Assembly (NCBI GenBank): GCA_964643685.1
Contig: CAZXTN010000006.1
Location: 1 to 43,741, forward strand
Reading direction: 5' to 3'
Length of the DNA stretch: 43,741 bases
Source: Candidatus Micrarchaeota archaeon
GTDB lineage: Archaea; B1Sed10-29; JAJRYS01
The notes beneath the pieces were generated by a model. The model was not told the DNA's origin. It was given only the letters and a program-made list of their open reading frames with translations, and ran no database searches. Position numbers and translations under genes: made by a program. This document shows positions 17,546-27,792 of the stretch, in pieces (the stretch's first letter is position 1; every line of letters begins with the position of its first letter).

Positions 17546-17688
17546 TTGAGCAGTTTAACTGCGATTGAATTTGTTCAACAAATTCCTGACCAGTGAGCCC
17601 ATCTACAACAACAAAACTACTTTTTGCCATAGAGACAAAAAACTATTTCTTTGCTTTTTTTAGTTAAATTTTTAAAAAATTAAAGAAA

Positions 17689-17725
17689 TATATAAGTTAT
17701 ATATAAATTATATATGTTTTATATA
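17689..17725. promoter_or_regulatory. 11-bp periodic palindromic repeats upstream of the TA operon (candidate operator/promoter)
   Basis: TATATAAGTTA TATATAAATTA TATATGTTTTA TATA. Confidence 0.4.
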
Positions 17726-17766
17726 CTTTTATTTTCTTTAATTATTTTGAACGAGGTGATTGAAAA

Positions 17767-18006
17767 GTGGTTCAAGCTCAAATTGAAATAAGCGAACATG
17801 CAAACAGAGTGATTAACATAATCAAGGCAAAGTATGGGGTTAAAAATAAAAGCGAGGCAATTGAAGTCATGGCAAGAGAATATGAAAAAAGATTATTAGA
17901 ACCTGAACTAAAACCTGCTTTTGTTAAAAGGATAAAAAAAGCTGAGAGAGGAAAGTTTGTCAAAGTAAAGGATGTTGATGCTTATTTTGAAAAGCTTTTA
18001 GGATAA
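17767..18006 (+). CDS. antitoxin, DUF2683-like
   Basis: MVQA.I.ISEHANRVINIIKAKYG.KNKSEAI...LEPELKP.F; GAGGTGA SD; directly upstream of a RelE-like gene. Confidence 0.75.
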   Translation: MVQAQIEISEHANRVINIIKAKYGVKNKSEAIEVMAREYEKRLLEPELKPAFVKRIKKAERGKFVKVKDVDAYFEKLLG

Positions 18007-18020
18007 ATGGAGTTGTTTAG

Positions 18021-18285
18021 TTGGTTTTCAGTATTGAATTTTCAGAAGAAGTTGACAAGCAGTTTAAAAAGTTGTCAAAGAAAGATAAAAAAACAATTGA
18101 AAGTAGTTTATAAAAAAGTGAAACAAGTTGCTGAAAACCCTTATCAATTCAAGCCGTTGAAAAAGCCTATGCAGAACAAGAGAAGAGTGCATATTGGCTC
18201 TTTTGTGCTAGTTTACTCAATTAATAAAAGAAGTAGAAAAGTTAAATTTTTAGGCTATGCTCATCATGACGAAGCTTATAAGTGA
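18021..18285 (+). pseudogene. RelE/ParE-family toxin with an apparent frameshift in an A7 run (18087-18093)
   Basis: TTG at 18021 (GGAG SD) gives MVFSIEFSEEVDKQFKKLSKKDKK then a stop at 18111; the C-terminal part (NPYQFKPL...RRVHIGSFVLVY...HHDEAY) is in the +1 frame. Confidence 0.75.
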
Positions 18286-18328
18286 GTAGTTAAGCAATAT
18301 ATACTTTTTCCTCCTTGTTCTTTAATCA

Positions 18329-19027
18329 ATGAGAGTTAAAACAGGTTCACCTAGCTTAGATAAATTGCTGCAAGGCGGTTTGCCTTCACAGTCAAGTGTC
18401 TTGCTTTACGGCAGTCCAGGCGTTGGAAAAAGCACTTTCGCAGTTAATTTCTTATATGAAGGCTTGAAGAATGGCGAGAAGTGCATTTATGTTAATTCAG
18501 TTGACAGCATAGAAGCTTTGTTTAAAAAAACAAAATTAAACAAGATAAACTTAAGCCCTTATGAAAAAAACCTTGTGATAATAGATTCTTACAGTTGCAA
18601 ATCCAATAAAAAAAGCAATGCAAAATATGCCATAAGAAGTTTAGCTGACATCACAAGCCTGAACATTGAAATTAAAAAAGCAATGCAAGACGCTGATTTT
18701 AAAAAAGGAAGGATAGTCATTGATTCCTTAAGTGACTTTTTGCTTTATGGCGAAAAAAGGAGCATTTACAAGTTTTTACAGATACTTAGAAGCAGAGTAA
18801 TGGAAACAGATTCAGTTGCATTAATAGTAGTTGAAGAGGGGTTACATGATGAAAGCGTTTTATCTACTCTTAACTTTTTAACAGACGGAACTATCAAAAT
18901 GCAATTAATGAATAGTACAAGAGGCATTAGAATTGAAAGAATGGTTAACACTCATCACTCGCTTAAATGGGCTGAATTTGAAATAAGCCCAGATACTCAA
19001 ATATACGTAAGGGAGTTTTTCAAATGA
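18329..19027 (+). CDS. KaiC/RAD55-family ATPase
   Basis: VKTG.PSLDKLLQGGLP, GSPGVGKS, RIVIDSLS. Confidence 0.88.
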   Translation: MRVKTGSPSLDKLLQGGLPSQSSVLLYGSPGVGKSTFAVNFLYEGLKNGEKCIYVNSVDSIEALFKKTKLNKINLSPYEKNLVIIDSYSCKSNKKSNAKYAIRSLADITSLNIEIKKAMQDADFKKGRIVIDSLSDFLLYGEKRSIYKFLQILRSRVMETDSVALIVVEEGLHDESVLSTLNFLTDGTIKMQLMNSTRGIRIERMVNTHHSLKWAEFEISPDTQIYVREFFK

Positions 19028-19401
19028 AAGAAAACACAATTTTTCAAAAAAATATTGGAAAAATATTACTTGCTGGCAATTTGATAGTATTAAGCATTTT
19101 GATTTACTCTACTTTGTCAGGCAAGATGAGCACAGACAAAGACGTGCTTGCAGTGACTCAAATCAGCTTAGCTTTCATGAGTTTCTTAATAGTTTACTTC
19201 GTGCTGAAAACATGGAAAACATTCAGAGAAAAAGACTTATTCGTAGGATTAAGCGGTTTCATCTTAATATTCATAGGATACACTGCAATTACCTTATTCA
19301 CTTTAATAAACTACAAAGGAATAGCATTAGAAGCAGGCTTAAACACCCTCATCACACTCGGTTACCTGCTTGTAACAATCGCAGTGGGGTGGCTTAAATG
19401 A
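19024..19401 (+). CDS. small 4-TM membrane protein
   Basis: ATGA overlap with the KaiC-like gene; four hydrophobic segments. Confidence 0.7.
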   Translation: MKENTIFQKNIGKILLAGNLIVLSILIYSTLSGKMSTDKDVLAVTQISLAFMSFLIVYFVLKTWKTFREKDLFVGLSGFILIFIGYTAITLFTLINYKGIALEAGLNTLITLGYLLVTIAVGWLK

Positions 19402-19691
19402 ACTTAACAGAATTTTATTTCATAATAACCACAGTAAGCATGGTAATATTCACAGCAACAGCAATAGTATTAATAAAAAAATACTTAAAAAGAGGAATCA
19501 AACTCCACTTCTGGGCAGCAGTTGCTTTCATCTTCCTCTCCCTGCAAGAACTAATCGTGCTCTACTGGTTAATTCAAACACAAACACAAAACTTATCACT
19601 ATACTCCCATCCATGGCACTTGCAAATGCTCCTTGTATTCTTCGCATTCACAATGCTAGGACTAGCAATAACTGGAAAAATAAAAGACTAA
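19398..19691 (+). CDS. small 3-TM membrane protein
   Basis: ATGA overlap with the previous gene; three hydrophobic segments. Confidence 0.7.
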   Translation: MNLTEFYFIITTVSMVIFTATAIVLIKKYLKRGIKLHFWAAVAFIFLSLQELIVLYWLIQTQTQNLSLYSHPWHLQMLLVFFAFTMLGLAITGKIKD

Positions 19692-19706
19692 AGAAAGGTA
19701 CTTCTA

Positions 19707-20600
19707 ATGAACTATGATTTTGAAATAAAAAAAATAAAAAAAGAAATCAAGAGAAGAAAAGCAAAAAAAATACTCCTGCAATTTCCAGAGGGTTTGAAAA
19801 CAGAAGCTAAAAAAGTAATGGATGAACTGAAAGAATACAATGTTTTCTTGTCAGCTGACCCTTGCTTCGGAGCATGCGACATAAAAACAAAAGGCTTTGA
19901 CTTGACAATCCACTTCGCGCATTCAAAAATGCTTCCAAGCAAAAAAGTAATTTACATAGAAACACGCTCAAACTTGGATGTAAAAAAAGTTGTGAAAAAA
20001 GCACTGAAAGAACTAGGAAAAAAAGTAACAGTAGTTACGACAGTACAGCATATTCATAAATTAAAAGAAGCTGAAGAATTGTTAAAAAAAGCAGGCAAGA
20101 AAGTAATTCCAGCTAAAAAAGGCAAGAGGGCAACCTACAAGGGGCAAGTGCTTGGTTGCGATGCATCAGCTGCATTAACCAACGCTGACTCCATATTATA
20201 CCTTGGAAGCGGTTACTTTCATCCCCTATTCATTTCATTCATAACAAAGAAAAAAGTTGTCCAAGCAAACCCTTACAGCAACAAAATTGAAGTAATGAAG
20301 CCAATTCAATGGGAAAAAGAAAAATACCTGAGAATTTCAAAAGCAATGAAAGCAAAAAACTTCGCATGGGTTTTCTCCACCAAGCCAGGGCAAAAACTCT
20401 TTCCTCAAAACAAAGTACCTAAAAAAGATTATAAAATTGTAATGGAAAACATTTCGCCTGATTCCCTGGATTATCTGCCTTTCGACGCGTTTGTAATCAC
20501 AGCCTGCCCGCGCATAGTTTACGACGACTGGAAAAACTACAAAAAACCAATACTACTACCAAACGAATACAAAGAATTGAAAAAAATAAAGCAGAGGTAA
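19707..20600 (+). CDS. dph2: diphthamide biosynthesis protein Dph2
   Basis: LQFPEGLK, CFGACD, GQVLGC, FHP, STKPGQ, TACPRI. Confidence 0.93.
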   Translation: MNYDFEIKKIKKEIKRRKAKKILLQFPEGLKTEAKKVMDELKEYNVFLSADPCFGACDIKTKGFDLTIHFAHSKMLPSKKVIYIETRSNLDVKKVVKKALKELGKKVTVVTTVQHIHKLKEAEELLKKAGKKVIPAKKGKRATYKGQVLGCDASAALTNADSILYLGSGYFHPLFISFITKKKVVQANPYSNKIEVMKPIQWEKEKYLRISKAMKAKNFAWVFSTKPGQKLFPQNKVPKKDYKIVMENISPDSLDYLPFDAFVITACPRIVYDDWKNYKKPILLPNEYKELKKIKQR

Positions 20601-23096
20601 TTAGTAAACATCCAAGAATAAAACAGAGTAAAAGACAGCAAATGAAACTAAAAACAAAACCAAAACAGATGAGTAGTTAAACCCAGGTGCTGAGACAATA
20701 ATCACTTCATCTGCTCTTTCATACTCTCCTGCAACAGCATCAATTAAAGGAGAAGAAGAGCCGTTGCCTTTGAAATAAATTTTCAGCTTAAAAGCATTGC
20801 CTTTCGTTAAATCAAAACCATTATCAAAATCACTCTCATAAAACACCTTCTTACTCTCATACAACCTCTTAACCTCATCAGCAGACAAACTGCGATTAAA
20901 AAAAGCAAAATCATCAATTTTTCCATTAAAAGCAGCAGAACCATCAACCCTTGCCCCAATAGTTAAATTAACAGAATTAGCAGAAACAGTTTCATTTGGA
21001 ACTGTTGAATTATCCAAAAGCCCATCAATATACAAACTTAAATTCTCAAGTTCATTATAAGTGACAACAATAAAATGCCATTCATCATCATTTACCTCCT
21101 TCGAAGCACATACAAAATTACCTGAATCCCCAACTGCACCAGCAACCCATTTATAAGCACAACGGCTATCATCAGAAAAAACAAAATGATGCCCCCAACT
21201 TTTTTCAGTCACAACATGATTAGAACTATCAGTAGTTTTAACCCAAAAAGCTTGAGAGTAATTAACAGGATCTAAAGCAGAATCACTTGAAACAGTTAAA
21301 AAATCGCTACCTCCTGTAAAATCAGCAGAACTTCCAAACTCACCTTCAGTAAAAACAACTGAACCAGTATTAGAAAAATTAAAAAACCCTTTTTCATCAT
21401 TTAAATTATCTAATTTCCAATAAGCAACAAGCCTTTCATCATTTCTTAAGAAATTACCCTCAAACTCCACGTTATTCAAAGAAGACAAACAACCAGAACA
21501 AGTGCTTAAAACACTATCATCACTCGCATTCAACAACTCAATCTTATCAATATAATTGCCTGAGTCAATATTGTAATAAAACAAAGTCAAATTGCCTAAC
21601 TTATAATTCAAATCAATAGATAAAGAAGGAGAAGCCCATGAACCTTGCTTGTGATGCTTTTTAGAGCTGTTGTAAAAAGAGAGTATTTCAGCATCAGTCA
21701 AGCTAGTGTTGTAAATCCAAACCTCATCAATAGTTCCATTAAAATAATTAGAAGTCGGCTGTCTTGCTCCAATATACAAGTTGCTTGCACCAACATAAGA
21801 CAAAGGTCCGCCATAATCCTTTTCACTTATCCTCTGCCCATTCAAATAAATCCTAGCAATATTCCCCTCAACAACACCTGTTACAAAATACCATGTGTCA
21901 TTACTCAAAACACCAGCTGACAAGTCATACCTATTGGCTCCATTCATGTAAGTTATAAATTTCATCTCCTGTAAAGTGCTATCCCACTCAAACCTCCAGC
22001 CATAAGAAGAACCATAAGCTTCAGAAACAGGATTAGGGTTACCATCAATTAACTCTCCTTTCATCCAAAAAGCAACAGTTATATTAAGAGGCTTGAAAGA
22101 ATCGCTTGCAGGAACTTCAACATAATCTGCATCCCCATCAAAATGCATTGCTTCGCCGTACTTCCCCCCCTCAAAAGAACAGTCCCCACTGCTTGTGCCA
22201 TTATTCAAGCCCTGTTCATCATTTGAATCACCATCAAACTTCCAATGGCTAACCAGACTTGTTCTTTTAAAATCATTATTATACAAGCTATTTATTTCAG
22301 CTGAAGACAAGCTCCTGTTATAAATTTTAAGCTCATCCATTGAACCATTTAAAAAATGATAAATTTCCCTATAAGCACCAACATCCATTTGATAAGTAGA
22401 AGTGTCAATAAAACCAATAGAAGTTGTTTTTTCAGCAACCAAACCGCCATCCAAGTAAAGCAGTAACTTCCTACTGCTTGAGTTATAAACAGCAGTTAAA
22501 AAATACCACCTGTTCAAATCAGGCACATAATCATAGCTCAAATAATCCCTTGTGCTTCCATTTCCAATTTCAAAAATAAAAAAATGATCAGAAGAATCAT
22601 TGTAATAAGCAAGCCAAATTGTCTTATTCCAATACTCGCTTCCCTTGCTAATGAATGTGCTTCTAGTATTAAGAGAAGCATTGCCGTTGTAAGTGTTTAA
22701 CTTGAACCAAAACAAGAAACTGACACTTCCATTAATACTATTCAAAGAATCAGAAGCACCCATGTCAAGGTAATCATCTGAGCCATCAAAGCCATAACAG
22801 CCACCAAAAAAACCACTTGAATTATAAACAGCGCCATTAACATTTCCATTATTCAAACCAGTTTCGTCATTTGCATTGCCTTCAAACCTCCAATAACTAA
22901 CCAAATTACTATCCTTCGAAGCATAAGAAAAATTCAACCACAAACAACCAGCATCCTGAACATAAGAATCAGAAGAAGTAGTCACATTAAACTTAACTCC
23001 AGAATCAAAATCACCCGTAGAATTAAAACTAAAACCAACAGCTTCAACAGAAACAACAAACAACAACAAAAACAACCAAAACTTAAACCTCATCAA
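20601..23096 (-). CDS. secreted protein with three LamG/ConA-like domains and C-terminal anchor
   Basis: three LV.YW.F...FDG..DY...W.F......LY.DG...G..DE..IYN.SLS..EI repeats; signal peptide; PGF + TM helix. Confidence 0.85.
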   Translation of the reverse strand: MMRFKFWLFLLLFVVSVEAVGFSFNSTGDFDSGVKFNVTTSSDSYVQDAGCLWLNFSYASKDSNLVSYWRFEGNANDETGLNNGNVNGAVYNSSGFFGGCYGFDGSDDYLDMGASDSLNSINGSVSFLFWFKLNTYNGNASLNTRSTFISKGSEYWNKTIWLAYYNDSSDHFFIFEIGNGSTRDYLSYDYVPDLNRWYFLTAVYNSSSRKLLLYLDGGLVAEKTTSIGFIDTSTYQMDVGAYREIYHFLNGSMDELKIYNRSLSSAEINSLYNNDFKRTSLVSHWKFDGDSNDEQGLNNGTSSGDCSFEGGKYGEAMHFDGDADYVEVPASDSFKPLNITVAFWMKGELIDGNPNPVSEAYGSSYGWRFEWDSTLQEMKFITYMNGANRYDLSAGVLSNDTWYFVTGVVEGNIARIYLNGQRISEKDYGGPLSYVGASNLYIGARQPTSNYFNGTIDEVWIYNTSLTDAEILSFYNSSKKHHKQGSWASPSLSIDLNYKLGNLTLFYYNIDSGNYIDKIELLNASDDSVLSTCSGCLSSLNNVEFEGNFLRNDERLVAYWKLDNLNDEKGFFNFSNTGSVVFTEGEFGSSADFTGGSDFLTVSSDSALDPVNYSQAFWVKTTDSSNHVVTEKSWGHHFVFSDDSRCAYKWVAGAVGDSGNFVCASKEVNDDEWHFIVVTYNELENLSLYIDGLLDNSTVPNETVSANSVNLTIGARVDGSAAFNGKIDDFAFFNRSLSADEVKRLYESKKVFYESDFDNGFDLTKGNAFKLKIYFKGNGSSSPLIDAVAGEYERADEVIIVSAPGFNYSSVLVLFLVSFAVFYSVLFLDVY

Positions 23097-23138
23097 AAAA
23101 AATAATACAAAAAAACTATATAAAACTTAAAAATAGAA

Positions 23139-23333
23139 TCAAACCTCATGAATTACCTCAACTGAAGTTGTCTGCCCAAGACAAGTTACTCTTGCTTTTT
23201 TTCCATCATCAAAGTAGTCAACCTGCGCATCCAAAACTTCCCTAATCAAAGCCAAGTCGCTTGCTTTCGCTTTCCTGTACTTTTCAATGAAATCAAGCTT
23301 AGCCATTGCAATTGTCCTGTCAAAACTTCCCAT
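23139..23333 (-). CDS. hypothetical protein
   Basis: short ORF downstream of pyrH on the same strand. Confidence 0.5.
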   Translation of the reverse strand: MGSFDRTIAMAKLDFIEKYRKAKASDLALIREVLDAQVDYFDDGKKARVTCLGQTTSVEVIHEV

Positions 23334-23366
23334 TAAAAACAAGTAACGAAGCTGAATTATTTAAAC

Positions 23367-24044
23367 TTAATTCTTCACAACAGTGCCCCCATGCTCTTCA
23401 TTATTCAAAACCTTTTTAACTTCCCTTAACCTCCTGCCATTTACAAAATGAGCTTCAATATTACTACGTGCTAAAATTTTCGCAGCAAGCAAGTCAATTA
23501 TAAAATTCTCACGCGGGCCCCTGGAATCACTTTTCTCCGCTAACTTCACCAACTGCCCATGAGTCATTTTTTTCAACTTCCTCGCTGTCTTGTACTTGGA
23601 AGGATTCCTGTCATAAACAGCATCCACGTTAGACAAATTAATCCACTTGTCAGCATTCACTTGCTCAGCAAACAAAGCGCTTGTAGTGTCACTTGTCTGC
23701 CCAGGAGTGCCAACACCAAGCACTATTGTCCTGTCATTTCTTAAAAAATAAGCATACGCTTCATCATAATCCTCGAAAAAAACAAGCTTCTCATGAGAAG
23801 AAGCCACTAACCTTGAATTTGCTTTCACTATCTGCAACGCAATTTCATCCAAGTCAAAATTTGAAGCAAGCAACTCACGCCCAGCCTCCACATACATCCT
23901 AGCAACTGCCCCTCCCCCTACACTAACTGCAATATTCGCAGACGCGTCATTAAGCAACTTTGTCACTTTCTTCAAGTAATTAATGTCAATTCCTTTTTTG
24001 TTAAAAAGCAATGAACCACCAAGCGAAACAACAATCCTCTCCAC
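23367..24044 (-). CDS. pyrH: UMP kinase
   Basis: VVSLGGS, VGGG.VAR.Y, PGQTSD, NVDAVYD.NP, terminal GTV. Confidence 0.9.
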   Translation of the reverse strand: MERIVVSLGGSLLFNKKGIDINYLKKVTKLLNDASANIAVSVGGGAVARMYVEAGRELLASNFDLDEIALQIVKANSRLVASSHEKLVFFEDYDEAYAYFLRNDRTIVLGVGTPGQTSDTTSALFAEQVNADKWINLSNVDAVYDRNPSKYKTARKLKKMTHGQLVKLAEKSDSRGPRENFIIDLLAAKILARSNIEAHFVNGRRLREVKKVLNNEEHGGTVVKN

Positions 24045-24142
24045 ACAAACACCTTTTAAATACTTTTAAAATCAATTAAAGGGTTAAGTATTTAAAAAAC
24101 TAATTATTAAACTAAAAAAAAGCAAAACAAAGGAGTTAAAAA

Positions 24143-25219
24143 ATGAGCAAAAAAGACAGCAAAGAATATTACGAATTTAAGAAGCAAGTGAAATTTCTGA
24201 AAGCCCAGAGGGGACAGGGAACAGAGTTGATTACTGTTTACATAAAGCCAGGTCAAAACGTGAATGAAATCACAAGCAGGCTTCGAGATGAATACGGGCA
24301 AGCAGCTAACATCAAATCAAAGCAAACAAGAAAAAACGTGCAAATGGCAATCGAGCGAATTCTTGGAATGCTTAAAGGCATAAACAAGCCACCTGAACAC
24401 GGAGTAGGCATTTTTGCTGGAAACATCAACAACAAAATAGAATTGTTTACAGTCATCCCCCCTGAAGACATTAACGTGTCAATGTACAGATGCGACTCAA
24501 CTTTCTACACAGAGCCGCTGGAAGAATTAGTTGAAGTAAAAGACGTTTATGGCTTGTTTGTAATGGACAGGAGAGAAGCCACAATAGCAAAACTCAAAGG
24601 AAAAAAAGTGACAATCGTAAGACACTTGACTTCAACTGTTCCAGGAAAACACCACAAAGGAGGGCAGTCTGCAATGAGATTCACGCGATTGATTGCAGAG
24701 GCTGTTCATGATTTCTTCAAAGAAGTTGGAGACGCTTGCAACAAAGAATTTGCAGATAAGCATGTAGTAGGCATAATAGCAGGAGGCCCAGGCCCAACTA
24801 AATTCAGCTTCATTAATGGAGACTACTTGTTTAACAACGTGAAGGAAAAGATAATAGCCACAATAGACATTTCCTATACAGACGAGTTCGGCATAACAGA
24901 GCTAATGCAAAAATCACAGGAAGTCATAGCACAATTAGACGTCACTAAGGAAAAGGAGCTTGTGAAAGAGTTTTTGAAAGAAGCAGTGACAAACGGGCTT
25001 GCAACTTACGGTGAAAAAGAAGTGAGAGAAGCTCTTAAAAGAAGCCAGGTTCAAAAACTCCTGTTATCAGAAGGGCTTGATGAAAAATTAATAGAAGAAT
25101 TAACTGAACTTGCCGAGCAATCAGGAGCAGAAGTTGAAATGATATCAGAAGACACGCCAGAAGGACAGCAATTTAAAGTAGGTTTTCTTGGAATAGGCGC
25201 TTTCCTAAGATACAAGTAA
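24143..25219 (+). CDS. prf1: peptide chain release factor aRF1
   Basis: GTELIT, NIKS, YRCD, GGQS motifs. Confidence 0.96.
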   Translation: MSKKDSKEYYEFKKQVKFLKAQRGQGTELITVYIKPGQNVNEITSRLRDEYGQAANIKSKQTRKNVQMAIERILGMLKGINKPPEHGVGIFAGNINNKIELFTVIPPEDINVSMYRCDSTFYTEPLEELVEVKDVYGLFVMDRREATIAKLKGKKVTIVRHLTSTVPGKHHKGGQSAMRFTRLIAEAVHDFFKEVGDACNKEFADKHVVGIIAGGPGPTKFSFINGDYLFNNVKEKIIATIDISYTDEFGITELMQKSQEVIAQLDVTKEKELVKEFLKEAVTNGLATYGEKEVREALKRSQVQKLLLSEGLDEKLIEELTELAEQSGAEVEMISEDTPEGQQFKVGFLGIGAFLRYK

Positions 25220-25237
25220 AAAAAAAATTGATTCTGA

Positions 25238-26308
25238 ATGTACGAAATTAAAAAACAGCCAGAAGACTTCATAGTAAGGGAAGTTACAGAAAAAGGAAAA
25301 GTATTGAAAGAAGATGAAAACTATTTTTTTGACGAAAACAGCAGCGGAAAGCACTTGATATGCGTGCTGGTTAAAAAAAACTGGGACACGCATCAAGCAT
25401 TCAAGAGGATAAGCAAGTGGCTGCATATTTCAAAAAATTCAATTGGGTTTGCCGGCACAAAAGACAAAAAAGCATTGACAACGCAATTAATAAGCTTGAC
25501 AGGAGTGAAAAAAGAAGAAGCTGAGAAAGTAAGCTTAAAAGACATTAAGTTAATCCCTTTAAAATATTCTAATGAAAGAATTTCGCTGGGAAACTTGAAG
25601 GGCAACTGGTTCAAAATAAAAGTTTATACAAATGAAAAACCAAGGCAAGCTGACAAAGTGCCTAATTTTTTCGGAATTCAAAGGTTTGGGAAAACACGCC
25701 CAATCACCCATTTAGTTGGTGAAAAAATAGTGAAAGGAAAACCAGAAGAAGCTGTAATGATTTACTTGACTAAAACTTTTGAAAGCGAAAAAGAAGAAGT
25801 GAAAAAAGCAAGAAAAAAGCTAGCAGAAGAAAAGGATTTCAAAAAAGCCCTTGATTACTTTCCTCTTTACTTGAAGTATGAAAGGACATTAATCAATCAC
25901 TTGGCTGAATATGAAGGGGATTACATAGGCGCTTTACGCGTGCTTCCTAAAACTTTGAAAATGATGTTCGTGCACGCCTACCAAAGCTACTTGTTCAACA
26001 AAATGCTTGAACATGCTATTAAAAACAACATGGAAGTTAAGGAATTGCCTCTCGTGGGTTTCAACTCCAAGCTTGAGAAATGGCAAGAGGAGATTCTTGA
26101 AAAAGAAGAAGTAAAGCCAGAGGATTTCAGAATAAAATTATTGCCTGAATTGTCTTCACCTGGTTTTATGAGAAAAGCATTCATAACCCCCATTGATTTA
26201 AGAATAATAGAACAGAAAGAAGGAGAAGTTACAGTTGAATTTTTTCTTGAAAAAGGAGCTTATGCAACAACTGTGATTGACTTCTTATTTGACGTAAAGC
26301 GCGCATAA
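25238..26308 (+). CDS. truD: tRNA pseudouridine(13) synthase TruD
   Basis: PEDF.V.E, FAGTKD, GN.F.I, PNFFG.QRFG, GAYAT. Confidence 0.94.
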   Translation: MYEIKKQPEDFIVREVTEKGKVLKEDENYFFDENSSGKHLICVLVKKNWDTHQAFKRISKWLHISKNSIGFAGTKDKKALTTQLISLTGVKKEEAEKVSLKDIKLIPLKYSNERISLGNLKGNWFKIKVYTNEKPRQADKVPNFFGIQRFGKTRPITHLVGEKIVKGKPEEAVMIYLTKTFESEKEEVKKARKKLAEEKDFKKALDYFPLYLKYERTLINHLAEYEGDYIGALRVLPKTLKMMFVHAYQSYLFNKMLEHAIKNNMEVKELPLVGFNSKLEKWQEEILEKEEVKPEDFRIKLLPELSSPGFMRKAFITPIDLRIIEQKEGEVTVEFFLEKGAYATTVIDFLFDVKRA

Positions 26309-27781
26309 GTCAACTGGCTTGCTGTTGCCAGAGTAATCAACTTCATATATGAACTTCATTCCTTCCTGATGAACTAATTTAAAATAAGGGTATCTTGTTT
26401 TATAAGCGAATCCAGTGCAGTACCTCGTGTTGAACATTGGGAAATACACGTATGAAACATTGTATTTTTTCAAAGTGCTTATTGTTTTACTCAAGTCGCT
26501 TCCATCGAAGACAATTTGCATCGCCTTATACCTATCATCAATGTCAGGCGCGTACTCTGCATAGGCGTCGATAACATCTTTTCTCTGAGCTATTCCTGTA
26601 ATCCAATGTCCGTCTTCCCAATAACCCATTATGATTGCATCTTTCGGAGTATTTTGTTTCATCCAAAGCATTGAGTTATAAGCATCTATTGAAGGAGGGG
26701 CAGTTGAAGCTAACAAAATTGTTGAAGTGCCTAAAAAAGCAAGGTAAGCAAAGAACAAAGCAAGCCAAAAAGTGGAATTGTTATACAACTGCTTTAAATA
26801 AAGTTTTTCAGTGACTTCCTCCCAATGAGGAAATAAAGAGGCAATTAAAAGAGCTATTGGGAACCATAAAAATTCATTTATCCTGTTGCCAATTATAAGA
26901 GAAGTTATAACTGCTAGGAAAAACCAGTCACGTAGGAAAATAGTTGACTTGTTTCTGAATTTGAAAATTGCATAAAATGCTAAAAACAAAGCGAAAATTC
27001 CAACTGAATCAGCAACTACACCTGACTCTGCTATGAAATACTGCACTCCTGAACGCAGTTCCATAAACACGTTGTAAAAATTCAAACCAAGTTTTGTAAC
27101 TCCATAAGTAAGGTAAAGAGGCAGGTACCAACTTCCAATTGCAAGAAGCGAGCCAATTGAATAAAATTTTAAATATTTCCTTATCTGCTCCCTGAACAAA
27201 ATCAAGCCAAATATGAAACCAACAACTGCAATGAGAGTATGGGTCAAAGCAGCCAAAGCGAAGAAAACAACAACCAAGTACTTCGAGTTTACTTTTTCTT
27301 TCCTATACCTCAACATGAAATAATAGGAAGTAATTAAAAAAACAAGAGCTGGCAAGCGCGGGTTCAAATGCAAGCTCAAGTAGGAGTATCCTGGAATCAA
27401 GCCAAGCACAACTGCTGATGCAATTGCTTCTTTTTCATTGTACCCAATTTCCCTTGCAAAGAGAAATATTAAAAGCAAGCCCATTGCACCGAAAAAAGGG
27501 TTTATGAAATACTTGAAGTTGTAAAAAATTGCTAGAAGCAAGTGGTACAAAGGAGGGTAAGTGTAAGGACGCCCCCCAAGAGACAAATTATCGTAGAATT
27601 TGTCTTGCTGAATCATCTCAGCCATTCTAATATGGTAATAAGGGGTGGTGCCTATTGTTGAATTATTATATATTTTAAACCTCAATTGTTGTGGAATTGA
27701 AAAGAACAAGAAGAAAAGCAGAAGAATAACTATAAAAAGTTTCTTGTTTTTATCCAAGTAAATTCCTGTTTTAACATTCAT
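26285..27781 (-). CDS. GT-C fold multi-TM glycosyltransferase with STT3/AglB-like C-terminal domain
   Basis: PYYH.R, YPPLYH, many TM helices, WMKQNTP...YWEDGHWI. Confidence 0.7.
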   Translation of the reverse strand: MNVKTGIYLDKNKKLFIVILLLFFLFFSIPQQLRFKIYNNSTIGTTPYYHIRMAEMIQQDKFYDNLSLGGRPYTYPPLYHLLLAIFYNFKYFINPFFGAMGLLLIFLFAREIGYNEKEAIASAVVLGLIPGYSYLSLHLNPRLPALVFLITSYYFMLRYRKEKVNSKYLVVVFFALAALTHTLIAVVGFIFGLILFREQIRKYLKFYSIGSLLAIGSWYLPLYLTYGVTKLGLNFYNVFMELRSGVQYFIAESGVVADSVGIFALFLAFYAIFKFRNKSTIFLRDWFFLAVITSLIIGNRINEFLWFPIALLIASLFPHWEEVTEKLYLKQLYNNSTFWLALFFAYLAFLGTSTILLASTAPPSIDAYNSMLWMKQNTPKDAIIMGYWEDGHWITGIAQRKDVIDAYAEYAPDIDDRYKAMQIVFDGSDLSKTISTLKKYNVSYVYFPMFNTRYCTGFAYKTRYPYFKLVHQEGMKFIYEVDYSGNSKPVDLCALYVK

Positions 27782-27792
27782 TTTTACTTCAC

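Noticed and set aside
17363..19691. Integrated provirus or island at tRNA-Trp
   Set aside because: No integrase and no distal copy of the tRNA-Trp 3' end found by eye; only a TA pair is present.
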